Origin: Podarcis vaucheri
Lineage: Eukaryota
Assembly (NCBI GenBank): GCA_965113315.1
Contig: OZ220370.1
Strand: one strand, 5' to 3'
DNA length: 64,000 nt
The first letter of the stretch is position 1. Each line of letters begins with the position of its first letter. The notes under the pieces were generated by a model, which did not search any database, was not told where the DNA came from, and was given only the letters and a program-made list of their open reading frames with translations. This document shows, in pieces, positions 63,477 through 64,000 of this stretch. The translations under genes and the position numbers were made by a program.

Positions 63477-64000
63477 CACACAGTACATATAACCAGCTAC
63501 TGCGCCTTGAACAGCCCCTCGACAGGGCAGAAATTCCGCAGAAGCATTTCCTCTCCGTGCCAAGACGGGCTTTTCCTGCCGAATTTCTCCCCGTTCGGGT
63601 ACAGGTTCCGTTAGGATGTGGCGCATTTTCCCATCCCACCCAAAAAGGGAATTCCGCAGCCAGATCAAAGGTTTAATCTCTCTCTTTTTTTAAACAGACC
63701 AACACAGACCAGATCCGAAACGGTAACAGAAGAGCAGCTCTTTGTCCGTGAGAGCGCGGCTGGCTGGCAAGTCGGGGGCTGCAGCGCCCGGGGAGGGAGG
63801 GAGGGAGGGGGGCAGAGAGAAGGCGCGCACCTCCCTCGGGCAAGCGGGCGGGGATGAGCATCTCTGAATGGATGCTCTGTGCCGGGAAAGGCGGGGGGGG
63901 ACCCCCTTTGTGTGGGCGGCAGATTAGATCAAGCGCCACGTGCGCTGGGAGCCCCATATTTCCCCGATGGGATCATCCCGCAATCTGCCCCTCGTGACCA
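62450..64000. promoter_or_regulatory. CpG island downstream of the PCDHG 3' end (promoter or enhancer of unidentified target)
   Basis: High CpG density, GC boxes, RFX X-box-like GTTGCCATAGTGAC at 63082-63095, CCTCGCGAGG palindrome at 62871-62880 and CCGGAA at about 63195. Confidence 0.75.
63446..63470. repeat. (TG)n microsatellite
   Basis: Direct dinucleotide run. Confidence 0.9.

Noticed and set aside
62678-63481. Several 120-245 aa ORFs on both strands
   Set aside because: They are low-complexity Arg/Pro/Gly/Ala translations of a CpG island with no recognisable protein.

Overview
This window is vertebrate, most likely lacertid lizard, genomic DNA (it carries a Sauria SINE, CR1/L2 fragments and squamate-type MITEs). 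It covers the 3' end of the clustered protocadherin gamma (PCDHG) locus on the + strand. There are five intact C-type variable exons of about 2.4 kb, each encoding a signal peptide, six cadherin repeats, a TM helix and a variable cytoplasmic segment, and each ending in a phase-0 GT donor. They are PCDHGC3, an extra C-type exon, PCDHGC5, and two further C-type exons with no mammalian counterpart that I know of. All splice to three shared constant exons (59 bp, 89 bp, and 257 bp coding plus a ~2.6 kb 3'UTR). The main finding is not in the ORF track: a heavily decayed sixth variable exon at ~17.75-19.16 kb whose surviving motifs specifically match PCDHGC4, the gamma isoform required for neuronal survival and viability in mouse. 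The gC4 ortholog therefore appears dead here, while extra C-type exons are intact. The window also holds CSE/CTCF-like sites, a 118-bp near-perfect inverted duplication, many transposon insertions with TSDs, and a downstream CpG island. Comparisons to human proteins are from memory and need confirming by alignment.
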